64,000 bases of DNA from Geosiphon pyriformis uo1 (taxonomy: Eukaryota; Fungi; Glomeromycota). Position numbers and translations under genes: made by a program. Under the pieces are notes generated by a model. The model had not been told where the DNA came from. It made no database searches and saw nothing but the letters and a program-made list of their open reading frames with translations. Location: NCBI GenBank assembly GCA_016748015.1, contig JAAOMT010000231.1, positions 73,479 through 137,478 on the forward strand, written 5' to 3'. Positions 11,899 through 24,892 of this stretch are shown here, piece by piece (the stretch's first letter is position 1; every line of letters begins with the position of its first letter).

Positions 11899-14800
11899 TG
11901 AGTAGTTTGGTCTGGAAAGTTGCTACATGCAACATTAGGGGCATAAACAATCCCGCTAAACAAGGAGACATTATTAGATGGCATAAAAAAATGAATAATT
12001 TGGTCTCTATTGTTACTGAAACAAAATTGAGGAGTAAGATTCATCTGTGGATTGCAGATAAGTTTGACAGTGTCCAAGTGTTCACTTCTGGTTTAGACTC
12101 AGGTCACTTGAGTGCAGAAGTTGCTGTTATCATGTACATTTCTTTGGCTCGTCATGTGTGCAAGGTTTCTGAAGTGCCTGGTCAGTTCCTGTCTATTAAA
12201 TTACTTTTCAAGGATAAATTTTCTGTGTCAATTCTGGGGCTTTATGCTGGTGCTTCTTCGGCAGTTTGGTTCTCTCAGGCTGGTGAAGTTAACTTTTTTA
12301 TTGTGAGGGCTGTCAATGAATCTTTTTTTGTTATTTTCGGTGGTGATTTCAATGAAGATGGTTTTCATAAGTGTGCAAGTTTTAAGAAATATCTTGATTT
12401 GGATCTGGCTAATTCTTTGGTCAAAAGCCTAGCTGTAAAAATGCATACTTGGACGAACTCTAGAGGTGTTAAGAAAACGATTAACTATGTGTTGGTCTCT
12501 TCGAATTTGGTTAATGCGATAGTACATTGCAGTGTCTTGGATGTTGATAAGCACTTTGAAACAAACCATCAAGCTGTTTCTGTGTCTTTGGGTTTGGGTG
12601 GTTTATTAGATGTGCAATTGAATTCTCTTCGCAAACAGGTGAATAGAGATTGTTGGAATTTTAATTTTAAAGATGTTGATAATACGAAGTGGGAAAAGTT
12701 CAAGAATGCTATGACAGCTAATGCTGCCATATTCTCTAATGACTTTATTGCCTCCCAGCGTTTCTCAGATTTGGATGCTATGTAGGACATTGTTCGCAAA
12801 ACAATGGTTCTTTTAGCTAATGAAGTGTTTAAGAAGAAATGGTTTAAGGACTATAATGGTGTCTTTACAAAAGAATCATCCAAATTTCACAAGTTAGAAC
12901 TTTTGGTATCAAGGCTGGTTAAGGCCTCTTGGTCAATCTGCCATGACAAATTCATTTTACTGTTGGATGTCTGGAGTTCTTTTGATGATAATAACGCTTC
13001 TGTGGTCAGATCTTTTTTTCTCTTTGGCTCTCCTTTTAATACTGTTCGGTCAGCTCTTTTCAAGGTCAAGAAAACTTATTGCTCACTTAAAATGGCAGAA
13101 TCGAAGTGTATAAAGGAATCTCATATTAAATCAGTGATCAATAAAAGGATGGAAAGTTTTGAGCTGAACAAGGGTCACACTATTCGAAGCGTCTTGGAGT
13201 GTCTTTTCCATAAGGTTGTTTTGGATCACTTGGTTGTAGATGACAAGATGATTTTGAAACCAGGCTCTGTGAAATTAAAGGTGGATGAAATCATGAAAGG
13301 ATGAACTAGAAAGCGTAGGGTTGTTTCCGATGTCCCTAAAGTGTGGCACCATTAGTATTGACCATTGGGTTATGTTTTTGATGAGGCTTTTTCTGGTGTT
13401 ATGCAACCAATTGAGTTTTTGGAATTGTTTGGCATGGTTTCTGATTTGCTTGTTAGCAAGGCTGCTGGTCTTTCAGGTATCTCAAATGAGCTGTGGTTAC
13501 ATAGTGATAGGTCTGTTTTGAATATGCTCCTGGTACTTCAAATTCTTGCTTGTCTCATGAATCTGTGCCTGGTCCTTGGAGAGAAGCTTGGGTGTCAATA
13601 ATCCCTAAACCATACAAATGAGAGGGTGTTTTCACAAATACCCAACCTATAGCTTTGATTGAGATGGCTCACAAGATTCTATCTAAGATTTTCTCTGACA
13701 GAATATCGCTGGCATGCAATGCTCACAACATTTTTCGTGAGGATAATTTTTCAGTTTTGAAAGGTACTACTACCCATACTCTCATTTTTGCTATTGGTTC
13801 AGTTGTTGAGGATGCTTTAGAGAAGAATTGGGAGCTCTGGCTGGTGTTGCAGGACATGTGGAAGGCATACGACTCTGTTGGATGGGAGCACCTTGAGAAG
13901 TGTTTGGTCAGGATCAAAATGTGTGGCAAGTTTATTCATTTTTTCGGTAATATTCATAAAAATCGGACCAATCAGGTTATGACAGATTTCAGTTTGACTA
14001 ATGGTTATCGTGTACATGATGGGTTGGACCAAAGAGAAGTTTTTTCTCCTCTTCTTTGGTGCATATTTTATGATCCTCTTTTGTGTGAAGTCAAGCATCA
14101 GGAGAGTGTGTGTGGGTATAGACTCAATTCCTATTTTGTCTCTAGGAATAGTTGCACTAAACCTCAGGCTGGGGCTTTTTTCTTTTTTCGCTACTAAAGC
14201 CTTTGTTGATGACATGATTTGGGTTGGCAGCAGTCGGGCTGCTACTCAACATATTTTCGATGTTGCTAGTGAATTTTTTTGGATTAATAACATTTCAATC
14301 AACACTGACAAAACTGTGGCCATTCCTATTAATAGCAGAATCAGCAATCCATCTCTTTTCATTAGTGGTTCTCCCATTTCCATAGCCAAAAAAGGTGAGT
14401 CTCATCAGTACCTTGGTATTTTTCTTTCAATTGATGGCCTTTCTAAGTCTAGTTTGGCTAAAGCACATTTGAACATTTGTTTTTTCTGTAATTTGGTTCT
14501 AAAGAAGGTGGTTTCAGATAAGCAGTTCTTGTACCTGGTGTTGGCTGTTTTCCATCCTATTGTTAGCTACAAGATGCAATTCAGCTTTGTCCCTATTGGT
14601 GTATGCGACAAGTGGGATGCTTTGATTCACAAGAATTTGAAACTTAAATCTGGTCTTCTTTTCAATTTTCCTAGTGACACAATTCATCACCCTTCTTTTT
14701 ATGGTTTGAAGTCATTTTCACAGTGTCAGTCTGAAAGTAAAGTAGCTTTACTTATTAGTTTTGCAAACTCCTACAGGATTCTGGGTCGATTGTTTAGTCA

Positions 14801-16577
14801 CAGGTCTCATGACTTGCAGGTTCTGTGTTGGCGCCCCATTTATCCATTGAGTTTACCAACTCGTATCCGTGTTAGTGTTCCTAATAATTTCTTGTCAGGT
14901 ATGGTTCGCATTCTTCTTGGATGCAATTTGTCTTTGGGTGGCTCTTTGGCCAGTGCTTTTCGGTTTAGTGATGGGGTGCCTATGACTGCTGTTCTGGGCA
15001 AATCATTGTTTTTCAAATTCTTGCCTTCTCTTTAACGTTATGGCATTGCCTTTGTGGATCAGTTTCAGGATTGTCATGATGATATCTTTGACTGGCACAC
15101 CTTTAAGCAATGAAAAAAACTGGACTTCTGTGGCCTGGTTCCTAAGTGGTTTGGGCTCTCTGTTGCGTTTCTTGGTGGTCCGCCTCCCTCTTTTTTGGTT
15201 TTGATTGGTGTTGGCCTTCTGAACATTTGTGGGTCTAGTAATTTCATATCTGTTAATGATCATCTTTCTCAATTTGGCTCTGGTAGTTTGTTTGTTTATA
15301 TAAATAGTTCTCTGAAAAATTTGGGCACACTAGACTGTTGAGCTGGTACTGCGGCCTTTTTTGAGGACATTGATTTGGGTTTGGGTGTCAGTGTTTGTGG
15401 TCTGGTTTCATCTACTTTGGTGGAATTGCAGGCCATTGTTTTGGCTCTGGAGTATATACTAACATCTCGCTCTGTTTGCTTATTTTCGGATAGTCAGACT
15501 GCTTTGAATACTTGCAAATCAGAGTTGGGTCTGATATGTCTGGACTTTTGCAATCGGTGTTAGATCAAGCATTGGCATATTGGGAATATTATTCACAGCA
15601 AGAATTTGAAAGTCAGCTGGCACAAGGTGAAAGGCCACTTTGGCATTTTGGGAAATGACTGTGCTGACAGTCTTGCTGAGATTGCCTCTCTCTCTAATTG
15701 GTTTCTTCTTTTATATGTTAGTGAACATTTTTTGATGGCCGATGGTAGTATGGTGTCTTGTAATTCTAGGCACTTTGTTCAGGATATTTTTCATGCTGTT
15801 CATCATGCATGTTGGGAGGTTGGTTCTGGTTCCGGCTTTCTGGCAGGTGGCTTGCTTTCAGATGTTGATTGGCTAAAGTCTTCTCAGGTGTGGCACCCTG
15901 ATTTGCACATGGCCACAGGCTTTACCAGCAAGTACACTGCTGATTCCCATACTTACTTCATGAAAGTTTTACACCATCGGCTTTTCATGGCTGTTCAAAA
16001 ACAACTTTATAATAGATGTTATCCCAGTGTTCTGTGTCTGTATTGTGGGGAGGTAGAAGTGTCGGATCATGTGTTTTCTTGCTTAGTCGATAGCTCAGCC
16101 CATTGCCAAATTCTAAATTCTGGCATGTCCTTTTGGAAGGAACTTTCTGGTCTTTCTTTGTCCTCTTCATGTGTATTGCAATTGTTGTCGACCTGTGCTT
16201 CAGATTTCTTAGTGTCTTCAGTGCTTTTTAAGGATTTTGTTTTCAAGGGATGGTTCTCAGAGGCTGTTTTTGTCTTTCATGATCCCAAAGTTGCTGGTGC
16301 TAAAATTACTGATTTTGCATGTTCTATTTGCCTAGCTTTTAGGAATGATATTTGGTTGGTTCGTGTTAAACATTATGTTTTCATGGAGAAGTGTGGTCTG
16401 ATCTCTAAGGATGGCTCAGTTTACACTTTAGCTTCCAGTTCAGCCTTGGTGTTATCAGTTGGTGTGGTCAAATTGCTTGGGATTTCTGAGGCTTTTGGTG
16501 TCTGTTTTGGTTTTTGTAAACCTTGCCCGTTTTTTTCTGATATAAACTCTTCAGTCTCTGTAGTTATAACTGTATAG
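11898..16577 (+). pseudogene. LINE ORF2: AP endonuclease, RT, RNase H, C-terminal zinc finger
   Basis: KVATCNIRGIN, VTETKL, GGDFN, TWTN..TINY; QDMWKAYDSV, GLDQ..SPLLW, AFVDD, YLG; ELQAI, FSDSQ, KVKGHFGILGNDCADSLA; CLYCGEVEVSDHVFSC. Confidence 0.93.
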
Positions 16578-16792
16578 TGTTGTCCTAACTGGTTCAAGTA
16601 ACTGGTCATGTGTAGTAAACACATGATACACACCTAGTTTAGATCATTTCTTTGATGTACAGTTCTAGGTAGTGTGTGGACTTCGCTTGTTAAATGATGG
16701 GAAAAAAAAAAAATAACAAAAATTTGAAAATAGAAGAATAATTTATAATATTAATAAAAAATAACACACTAATATAATTTTATATCTTATAT

Positions 16793-17523
16793 TGTTATGA
16801 GTTGGAGTAACAAGCTAACGGATAACCAGAAAAAACAGAATTGTAAAGTGATAAAAGAAATCAAAAGGAATTCAACTTCAAAGAGTAAATTGAATGAGTA
16901 TGAATTCAATGTGTAAGATCAGTCTCATAAAATATCTTAGTTGTTATACTTTTTAAAAGATAACCAGAAAATCTGAAGGTAAAGGAATAGTTTATATTGT
17001 CAACAAATAATTACACACTAGTATAATTCTATACTTTATATTAGTGCTCTTAGATATACTCTTCAGTCATGTTTTATTTAATAATTTTCAAATACTACAA
17101 TTATACATTTCAGGAAAAGGATAAGAAATAACCAACAAATAATCTTTTATCCCAAGATGTTCAAATACTTGAAAGTAAAAAAAGAGAAATTAGCAATAAG
17201 AGAATAATTAAGATGAAAGTTGTTATTTTATTTTATTTCTTTTTTTGATTCTTATATGTTTTTCTACAGCTAAGAGATTCATTGTTTATATAGTTATTAA
17301 AAGTGGTCAATGATTAAATTAATGATTAGGTCAATAATCAAGTCAATAATCAGGTCAATAATTAGGTTATTGATTAGGTCAATAATTAGGTCAATAATCA
17401 GGACAACAGTTAGGTCATTAATCAGGTCAATAATCACTATCTAAAAATAGAATGGCTAATTATATGACATCAGTAACTAATACATGTGATAATTAATAAG
17501 AAGTATAGGTTTCAATCATAATA
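16793..17523 (-). repeat. GyB-1 3' LTR (731 bp)
   Basis: Reverse complement of 35832-36570; 12-bp tandem array ~17310-17435; decayed PPT adjacent at ~17524-17533. Confidence 0.9.
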
Positions 17524-17531
17524 TTATTTTT

Positions 17532-18195
17532 TCAAAAGAGATTGAGCTTCAGCGAAATCAAGCTATTCATAATGTAATCTAATTGAAAAATTTTATCTAA
17601 TTCAAAGCTAACTAGTTGGTTAAAGTTTTTTGTGGATAGAATATATAATACTTGAAGTGAAATAAGTTTTGTATTCAAGAAATCAAATCTTTGTATTAGA
17701 GTTTTGGCTCTTTTAGCAATAGTTAAAACTCTTGAGATATCTAACTGTATAATGCCCAAAATTTCTGCCTGTATCTCTGAAGTTGTTTTCTTTATAAGTT
17801 TTATATCTTTTATGATTTTTTCAAGATAACCATAAAGTTCTAATTGTTTTTTATATGACAAATTTTTGTTTATGAACAAGATTTCTTGGATTGTTTTTCC
17901 AATTGTGCTAAAAGGTAAGAGTATAGCTGCTGTTATACTTTCTAATAGATATTTATCCATTTTGCTACCAATTTTTTCTCTTCTGGTAGTGGTTTTCTTT
18001 AGTCTAATAACAGTATGTGTTCCACTGTTATTCATTATAGTGATTTGTTTTCCAATGATTAGAGTAATATTTGAATAGTTTTTGATCCAATACTTATGGA
18101 GAGTATAGAAGGCATTTTGAATGTTTTAATCCAGAAAATAATTGTTTATGTCAATTAAAGATACCTCTGTTTTGGGAATAATGCATTTATTTATA
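17532..18195 (-). pseudogene. GyB-1 ORF3 (unknown function)
   Basis: ORF 17532..18035 is highly similar to GyB-2 ORF 35110..35862. Confidence 0.8.
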
Positions 18196-19293
18196 CTTGA
18201 TTTTTGCTGATTATTTGGGTTGGTATTACCACAACAGGCAACCAATCAGGTCATTTATAATATTTCTTGAGTCATATATCATGAACAGAACAATTATTAA
18301 ATATTGTTCTGGATTGATCTTAAAAAATATAAGAACTATTGTTCAAAACTTTGTTGACTATAAAGAGTTTTTTTTATCAGCTTGAGAATTTATTACCATA
18401 AACATTGTTTTTGTCTGAATAGTATTCTAATACCAAGTTATTAACACTTAAAAAAAGTGTTTTATAGGTTTTCTTTTTCTTAAGTTTTTCTTGGAACTGT
18501 TTTATTTTTTCAAAAGCAATTATTTGTGCTTCTACCAAGGAGTCAAGAATAATACCAAGTCTTCTTTGCAAAATGTCTTTGTAATTTCTTATTGTGATCT
18601 TTTCAAAAAGTATTATCTTAATATCAGTTTCTATTAGTAGTGTTGTCATGTATCTATAAAGCAGATAAAAAGATTCATAACTTATTATGTTATGATTCAC
18701 AGTTTTATAAGCAAACAAAGCTAAAGACAATACTTTGTCCTATAAATTTGTTTTTTTACTGGTTTTGGCTAGAGTTTCACATAGTGTTCTATTAAAATAT
18801 TCTACTAAGCCATTTTTTTGAGAGTGGTAAGAAGAAAAAAGTTTATAACATATTCCCATTTTTCTACAAAGTTTTTTAACCAGTGTACTAAGAAAAGCTC
18901 TTTCTCTATCAGATAAAAGTTCTTTAAGACAGCCATGATAACAGATAATATTTTTATAAATGAAATTGGCTATTAAGACTGCTGTTTAGTCTGGAGTGGC
19001 TCTTGTTTCTACTCACTTTGTAAGATAGTCAGTAGCTGTAATAATGTATCTGTTGCCATTAGGAGTTATTGTTAAAGATCTAACAACATCTATACCAATT
19101 CTGTTAAATAGTTGATTAACAGAGATTGGATAAATATCTTCTTTGTGATTGGGTTTGTTTTTTCTTTGGCAGATGTTACAAATTTTGATGTATTCAGCAA
19201 TGTTTTTCCCAAAATAGGCCAATAATAGCAAGCTAAAGTTTTCTGAATTGCTTTTGTTTTTTCAAAGTGTCTAATTAATAAGTTAGTATGTAT
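18190..19293 (-). pseudogene. GyB-1 integrase (N-terminal part displaced to 38084-38300)
   Basis: CNICQ..RIGIDVV..ITATDYLTK; ALFAYKTV. Confidence 0.88.
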
Positions 19294-20141
19294 TATTACA
19301 GATGATTATTTGGAGTCTCAAAGCAAATAACAATCCATAACTTGGTGCTCAATTGATAACATTAGTAATATCTGTAGGTTGTTTGTATCTGAAGGTTTTT
19401 GGTTGAGTTTTTTGTATAATGGACAGAGATTTACTGATTGTTTTATCCATAGCTTTCTAAAATCGCAATTTCATCAAATTTTTTTTTTAGTATGATAGCT
19501 GGTAATTCTTCTGGTAAGTTATCCTCAATTGAGTGTTTTACCCTTATTCTGGGTCTTTTACCAGTCATTATATTCTGACATCAGTACCTCCACATGTTAA
19601 TCCTTTTATCAAATTAGTACTTAGAATAAACAAAGACAAAAAATAAAATAACAAAAAAATAAAAAAAAAATTAAGTTCAGGCAAATAAAAGTTAGTATTC
19701 CATCAATAACTATAATCAAGAGCTATTGTTCTAGTGTGGTTAAGTATCAGTTATTATCAACATAAAGTGTTGATAATAGAGAGTAGATTGAGATAACAAA
19801 TAATTATTTATTGATATTTGTGATTTGAAAGATTGCTTAGATGAAATCTAAATTAAGAGGTTTGTTTTTTCTATTTTTAATGCTACTGCTATATATACAT
19901 AATTGAGATTCCTCAATTCTTCAATTTTTCGCACCAGAAATCCTGGAATTTTTAGAATCTTGCAATTCCTGTGAAAAAAATTCTGGAATTCTGAAATCCT
20001 GCGATTTCTTGTATGAGAATTCTGTAATTTTTGGAATCTTACAATTTTTCTGAGAGGAATCCTAGAATTCCATATTTACTATGCCTATTTCTAATTGGTT
20101 AATTTATATGCTAATATACTTTTTATATTCTATAAGTAACA
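19294..20141 (-). repeat. GyA-2 3' LTR (848 bp)
   Basis: Direct repeat of 37232-38083; purine tract abuts it on the minus strand (~20142-20156). Confidence 0.92.
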
Positions 20142-20159
20142 TTATTTTCTTCTTTTAAT

Positions 20160-20813
20160 ATTAAGCTCCATTGAGATCTTCTAATTCTAACTCTTTGTTT
20201 TTGAGTATTTTTTGAATTTTTTTTCGAAAATTACTTGTGTTATCTTGTTCTGTAATTCTTCAAATTGGGCATTGGTTATTTTTCTTATTTGGTTAACAGT
20301 AATAAATTCTATTGCTAGATTGAATAAGATTTTAGGTCAATTTTGAAATTCAACTTGTAATTAATAGATGGCTTGTGCTTGTGTAGTTAAATTGTTGTTT
20401 TCTTACAAATTGTTCAAATTGTTGTAATATTGTTGTGTCAAATAGTTGTTTTGTTTTATCTGTATATAAGTTCTGAATATTCAAATATTGTCCCAAGTAG
20501 AATAACAAAAGTTTTTTGAAAATTGTTGTGTCCACCAATTTCATATTTCTATCATTAACTCTTCATATTGGGTGACTTTTAGTTGTGTTTTTATCACCAA
20601 TTTTATTTTGGTAATTATTTTGTCAATAGTGTTTTCTGTTTTTCTCCATACTTTATCTCATAGTTCTTTTCTGATGTTTTTGTATCTAATGATTTATTGA
20701 TTGATTAAAATTTTCATTTCTTGTTGTTGGATCAGTTAAAAAAGTTGTTGTGCTAGTGAGTAAATATTGTTAATAATTTCCATTTTTTTGCTGTTTTTTA
20801 CCACATCTACCAT
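20160..20813 (-). pseudogene. GyA-2 ORF3 (unknown), disrupted
   Basis: ATG at 20813, 22 nt after the IN stop; MVDVVKNSKKMEIINNIYSLAQQLF.. aligns with the GyA-3 region (IEIPDYIHTLVQQLFQAL). Confidence 0.6.
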
Positions 20814-20835
20814 GTCTTTATATTTTTTTAGTTAT

Positions 20836-23020
20836 TTAATTTGATGTGTTAGTGTTGATAATAATGATTGGTTCTAAATTTTATAGGATCTCATCTGATT
20901 GAACTAGTATTCCCTATACTTCTAATTGTGGAATATTACTAATAGATAATAATACTATATAGTAATATAGTTTCAGTCAATTACTATATGCTGCTTTGGC
21001 TAAGATTTTGTTGTCCTATCTTAATTTATAAGCTTCATTTCTAAGAATTTTTTCTATGTAAAATAGTCCATCCTATTTGAAATCAAATTTTCTACTTTAT
21101 TGTTTTTCCACTTTAATACAATGTAAGAATACTTTGTCTCCAATCTTAAATTTAACTGGTTTATCTGGTAATTGGTTATTGTGTCTTTTTTTTTGTTTTT
21201 TTTGTGACTTTTAGATGTTATTAGCTGTTCATCATTGTTTGTTTTCTAGAGTTTCTATCAAGTTATATGTTCTTCTTAGTAATGTTTCTTGAAAATTGTC
21301 TTTAGTTATTGGTTCTGTTGAGTATGTTTTGATTTTTATTTCAATTGGTATTGTTGCTGTTCTACTATACACTAATTTAAATAGTGTTGCTTGTATAGTA
21401 TTTTGTTTCATTGTTCAATAAGTAAATAATACTGAAGGTGTTATAGTTCAAGAATTTAATAGGAATTATAAATTAGCCAATCATGAAATAGCACAGCAAC
21501 AATTTATAAAAAGAAATAATTTACAAATAACAACCAGCACTATTTTACAATAGCAGCAAGCACTATTGTGCAAAAGCAGTAAGCACTATTTTACAATAGC
21601 AGCAAGTACTATTTAGAAATAATGGAAATAGAGTATTACAAAATGTTATTTTGTAAAACAATAATTATATATATATACAATAGTTTTTAATAATAAAAAA
21701 AAAAACAGCTTCAACTTGAAGCAACAAATATCTAAATAAAATCTTATTCAAAAAGAATTAATAAAAATAATAAATTGAATTAACATTACAATTATAAGAT
21801 TAACAATAGAATTTACATATTTTCTCTAATAAATGAAACTATTATTCCATCTCTGAATCTTTTGGAAGAATAATCTCTGATTAAGATTATTCATGTAGTT
21901 ATTAATTAAATTGAAAAAACTTTATTATATACTTAGAAAAATCATGAAAAGACCATTAACATTCTGTGTTTCTAGATTAGAAAAACACATTAAACAATTG
22001 CAAGAATAGCCTCAGAAAAAACCCCAAACAGTGGGTAAATTTCAGATTAGCCTCTGAAAAGAAGTACACAATATACAAAAACAATTAGAATTAAAAAAAA
22101 GACTTAAATCACAACATCAAAAAAAAATCTTTAGTATATTATTATTAATATCTAACACATAAAATTGAGAAATTCATGAGAGACTGATTGCAATTTAAAC
22201 AGGATATTAACAATTAAAATATACCAAAAAAACCCTCTTGTAACAATGGTATAAACAAATCTCATTTATCTTAATTTTCTTGGCTGATTTTGGCAATTGT
22301 TTCACATAATGTTCTATTGAATTTTTCGACTAAGTCATTGGTTTGTGGATGATATGGTAATGATAATAGTCTTTTGATTCCAAATATTTGACTTAATTCT
22401 GCTAATGTTTTATTCACAAAGTGAGTTCTTTGGTTGAATAACAATTTTTTTGGACATCCATGTCGACAAATTAGATCTTGATAGATAAATTTGGCAATGG
22501 ATTCTGCATCTACTCCTTGAATTGCTTTTGCTTCTGGCCATTTAGTGAGATAATCCATGGCTACTGCAATATATCTGTTGCCTCTGCTGATGATTGTTAA
22601 TGATCTAACTAAGTTAATTCTAATATAATCAAATGGTTGTCCCACTTTAATTGGTTTCAATGGTTCACTGGATCTTGTTCTTTCTCTTCTTTGACAAGCA
22701 TTACAATTTTGAATATATTGGATGATGTTTGAATATATTGATGGCCAATAGTATTTATTTCTGGTTTTTTCTATGGTTGCTTCTTTATGAAAATATCCTG
22801 TCATTAAGTCTGAGTGCATGTTGAATAGTATTGTTTCTTTTTCTGGTTCTGTGATTACTCTGAGTGGTTTCTTTGGATCTTTTTTGTTCTTCCAATATAA
22901 TATATTTTGGTGGCTAATAAAATATTTTGATTGTTGTTTTATGTTGTTTTGTTCCTTTTAAGATAATTTCTCCTTGAATAACTGGGTATTTATATAATAC
23001 TAGAGTTGTTGATATTTTTG
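20836..23020 (-). pseudogene. GyA-2 integrase, interrupted by the GyC solo LTR
   Basis: ORF 22271..22819 with CNACQ, WPEAKAI, YHPQTN; C-terminal part 20836-21438. Confidence 0.9.
21439..22245 (+). repeat. GyC solo LTR (807 bp, third family)
   Basis: TGTTAT...GTAACA; TSD AAGG/ATGG (empty site ACTGATGGTATA in GyA-3); CCAAT, ~23-bp tandem repeat, TATATATA; no internal region. Confidence 0.85.
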
Positions 23021-23063
23021 TTTTCAACTGTTTGAATTTTATTATATTTTTGGATTGAAATGT

Positions 23064-24420
23064 TCAAATTTGTTTTATTCACAACAAACCATCAGCATTT
23101 CTATTTTTTTTTCTTTTTTTATAGTATACTGTATAATTAAATGGTGCAAGTTTTATTTTTCATTTAGCATGGCAATTATTTCCAAATTCTTGCTTCTGAA
23201 TTGAAGTCAATTCTTTATGATCAGTATATATATCAAATTTCTGGCTTAAGTATTCTCTTTATTTCATAACTGTTCAATAGATTGCTAAGTGTTTTAGTGC
23301 TGGTGTTCCATAATTTTTTTCTGCTGGACTCAAACTTTGATTAACATATGCTACTAGATATTCTCTTTCATCTGGTCTTTTTTGTGATAGTACTGCTCCC
23401 AATGCTTGACCTAATGCATCAGTGGTAATAATGAATGATTTACTATGATTTAAATAAATTAGTACTGAAGCTTGAATGAGCTTTTTTCTCAGTATATTAA
23501 AAGTTTTTTGTTGTGTTTCAGTCCATTTATATTTAACATTCTTGGTTTGTAGATGATACAGTGGTTGAACTATTTTGGAAAAGTTCTTAATGAAGTGACA
23601 ATAGTAATCTGCAAATTCCAAGAATACTCATAATTCGGTCAAGTTGGTAGATACTAGAAAGTTTTTAACTATCTCAATTTTATTTGGATCCATTTTGATT
23701 CTATTTTTATTTACAATATGTCCTAAAAACTTCAATTCTGTTTTGCCAAAAAAGCATTTAGTGATATTTAATTTTAATCTGGCTCTTCTTAGTTCTTCAA
23801 ATACTTGTTGGAGATAGTATAAATAATCATCAAATGTTTTTGAGAACACATTGGTATCATTCAAATATACAACTACTGATTTTCATAACAGTCCAATATA
23901 GATGATTTTCATGAGCCATTGGAATGTTGCTGGAGCATTCATTAAGGCAAATAGCATTACTTTAAACTCAAAATTTTCTTCTCAGATTGTAAAAGCCATT
24001 TTCTCCTTATCTTTTAGTTTCATGACTACTTGTTAGTAACTATTGTTTAAGTCTAAAGTCGAGAACCATTTTTTTTCTCCAAAAGCATCGAAAAGTTCTT
24101 GAATTTTTGAAGTTGAGTAGCTATCTTTTTTGGTTACTCTATTAAGTTTTCAGTAATTCACACAAAAGCAGATTTTTTCATTTTTTTTATAGACTAGTAC
24201 TACTGGTGATAACCATAAACTTATTGATAATTAAATTAACCATTGTTTAACATCTAATTGATTTCTTGATGAATGATCTCATGGCTGGCTGGTGGTATTT
24301 AGTATGCTCTTTGTTTGATTGGCATTGCATCTCCAGTTTTGATTTGATGCTGAATTATGTCAGTTCTGCCAAATTTATTTTTACTTGCAAAAATGTTAGT
24401 GAAGTTGTTGAGTAACATTT
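23064..24420 (-). pseudogene. GyA-2 RT + RNase H
   Basis: ORFs 23628..23864 and 23274..23621; TTDALGQALGAVL. Confidence 0.92.
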
Positions 24421-24892
24421 TGAGTTGCATATGCTAGAGTGGGTCTAAATTTTTCAGATTCATTTATTCTAATTGTTCTGGTTAGAGCAAATAACATTTG
24501 TTCTGTTTGTAGATTGTTTGTGATATTATGTCAACATATCTATACAGTTGTAGAAAGTCTGAAATAAAGTTTGGTGGTTGGTTTTCGATTTTGGTGGTTA
24601 AATATCCAATAGTGATTCTTTCTGGTATCTCAATGATGTCTCCCATGTTGTTGTAAATGAGAATTTTGATGTGACTGTAATTTTTGGCTGGTATGTATAG
24701 ATTAACTAATCCAATTTTTTCTGATTCACAAGGTGTTGCTTTTGCCTCAAAAATCTGAATCTGATCCTTTACTTTTTTTTCTATGGCTAATATGTACTTG
24801 TTATATGATAGAATAAAAATTGATTGACAGGTGGAAATAATTTCTCTTTTGTTAATAACTTTTTTCTCTGCCATATTAACTGGTACATCTAT

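Larger units (their letters stand above)
9966..16713 (+). mobile_element. Full-length non-LTR retrotransposon (LINE; APE-RT-RNase H-CCHC), ~6.7 kb
   Basis: Two ORFs, ~125-nt 3' UTR, A12 tail 16702-16713, TSD AAAAAATAAC (9956-9965 / 16708-16717). Confidence 0.93.

Noticed and set aside
16900-17000. Intact intron-containing tRNA-Met gene in the LTR
   Set aside because: Only the anticodon arm and variable loop match; no D arm, T arm or acceptor stem.
21536-21615. CRISPR-like arrays (also the 9-, 12- and ~41-bp LTR repeats)
   Set aside because: Head-to-tail repeats without unique spacers, inside eukaryotic LTRs, with no cas genes.
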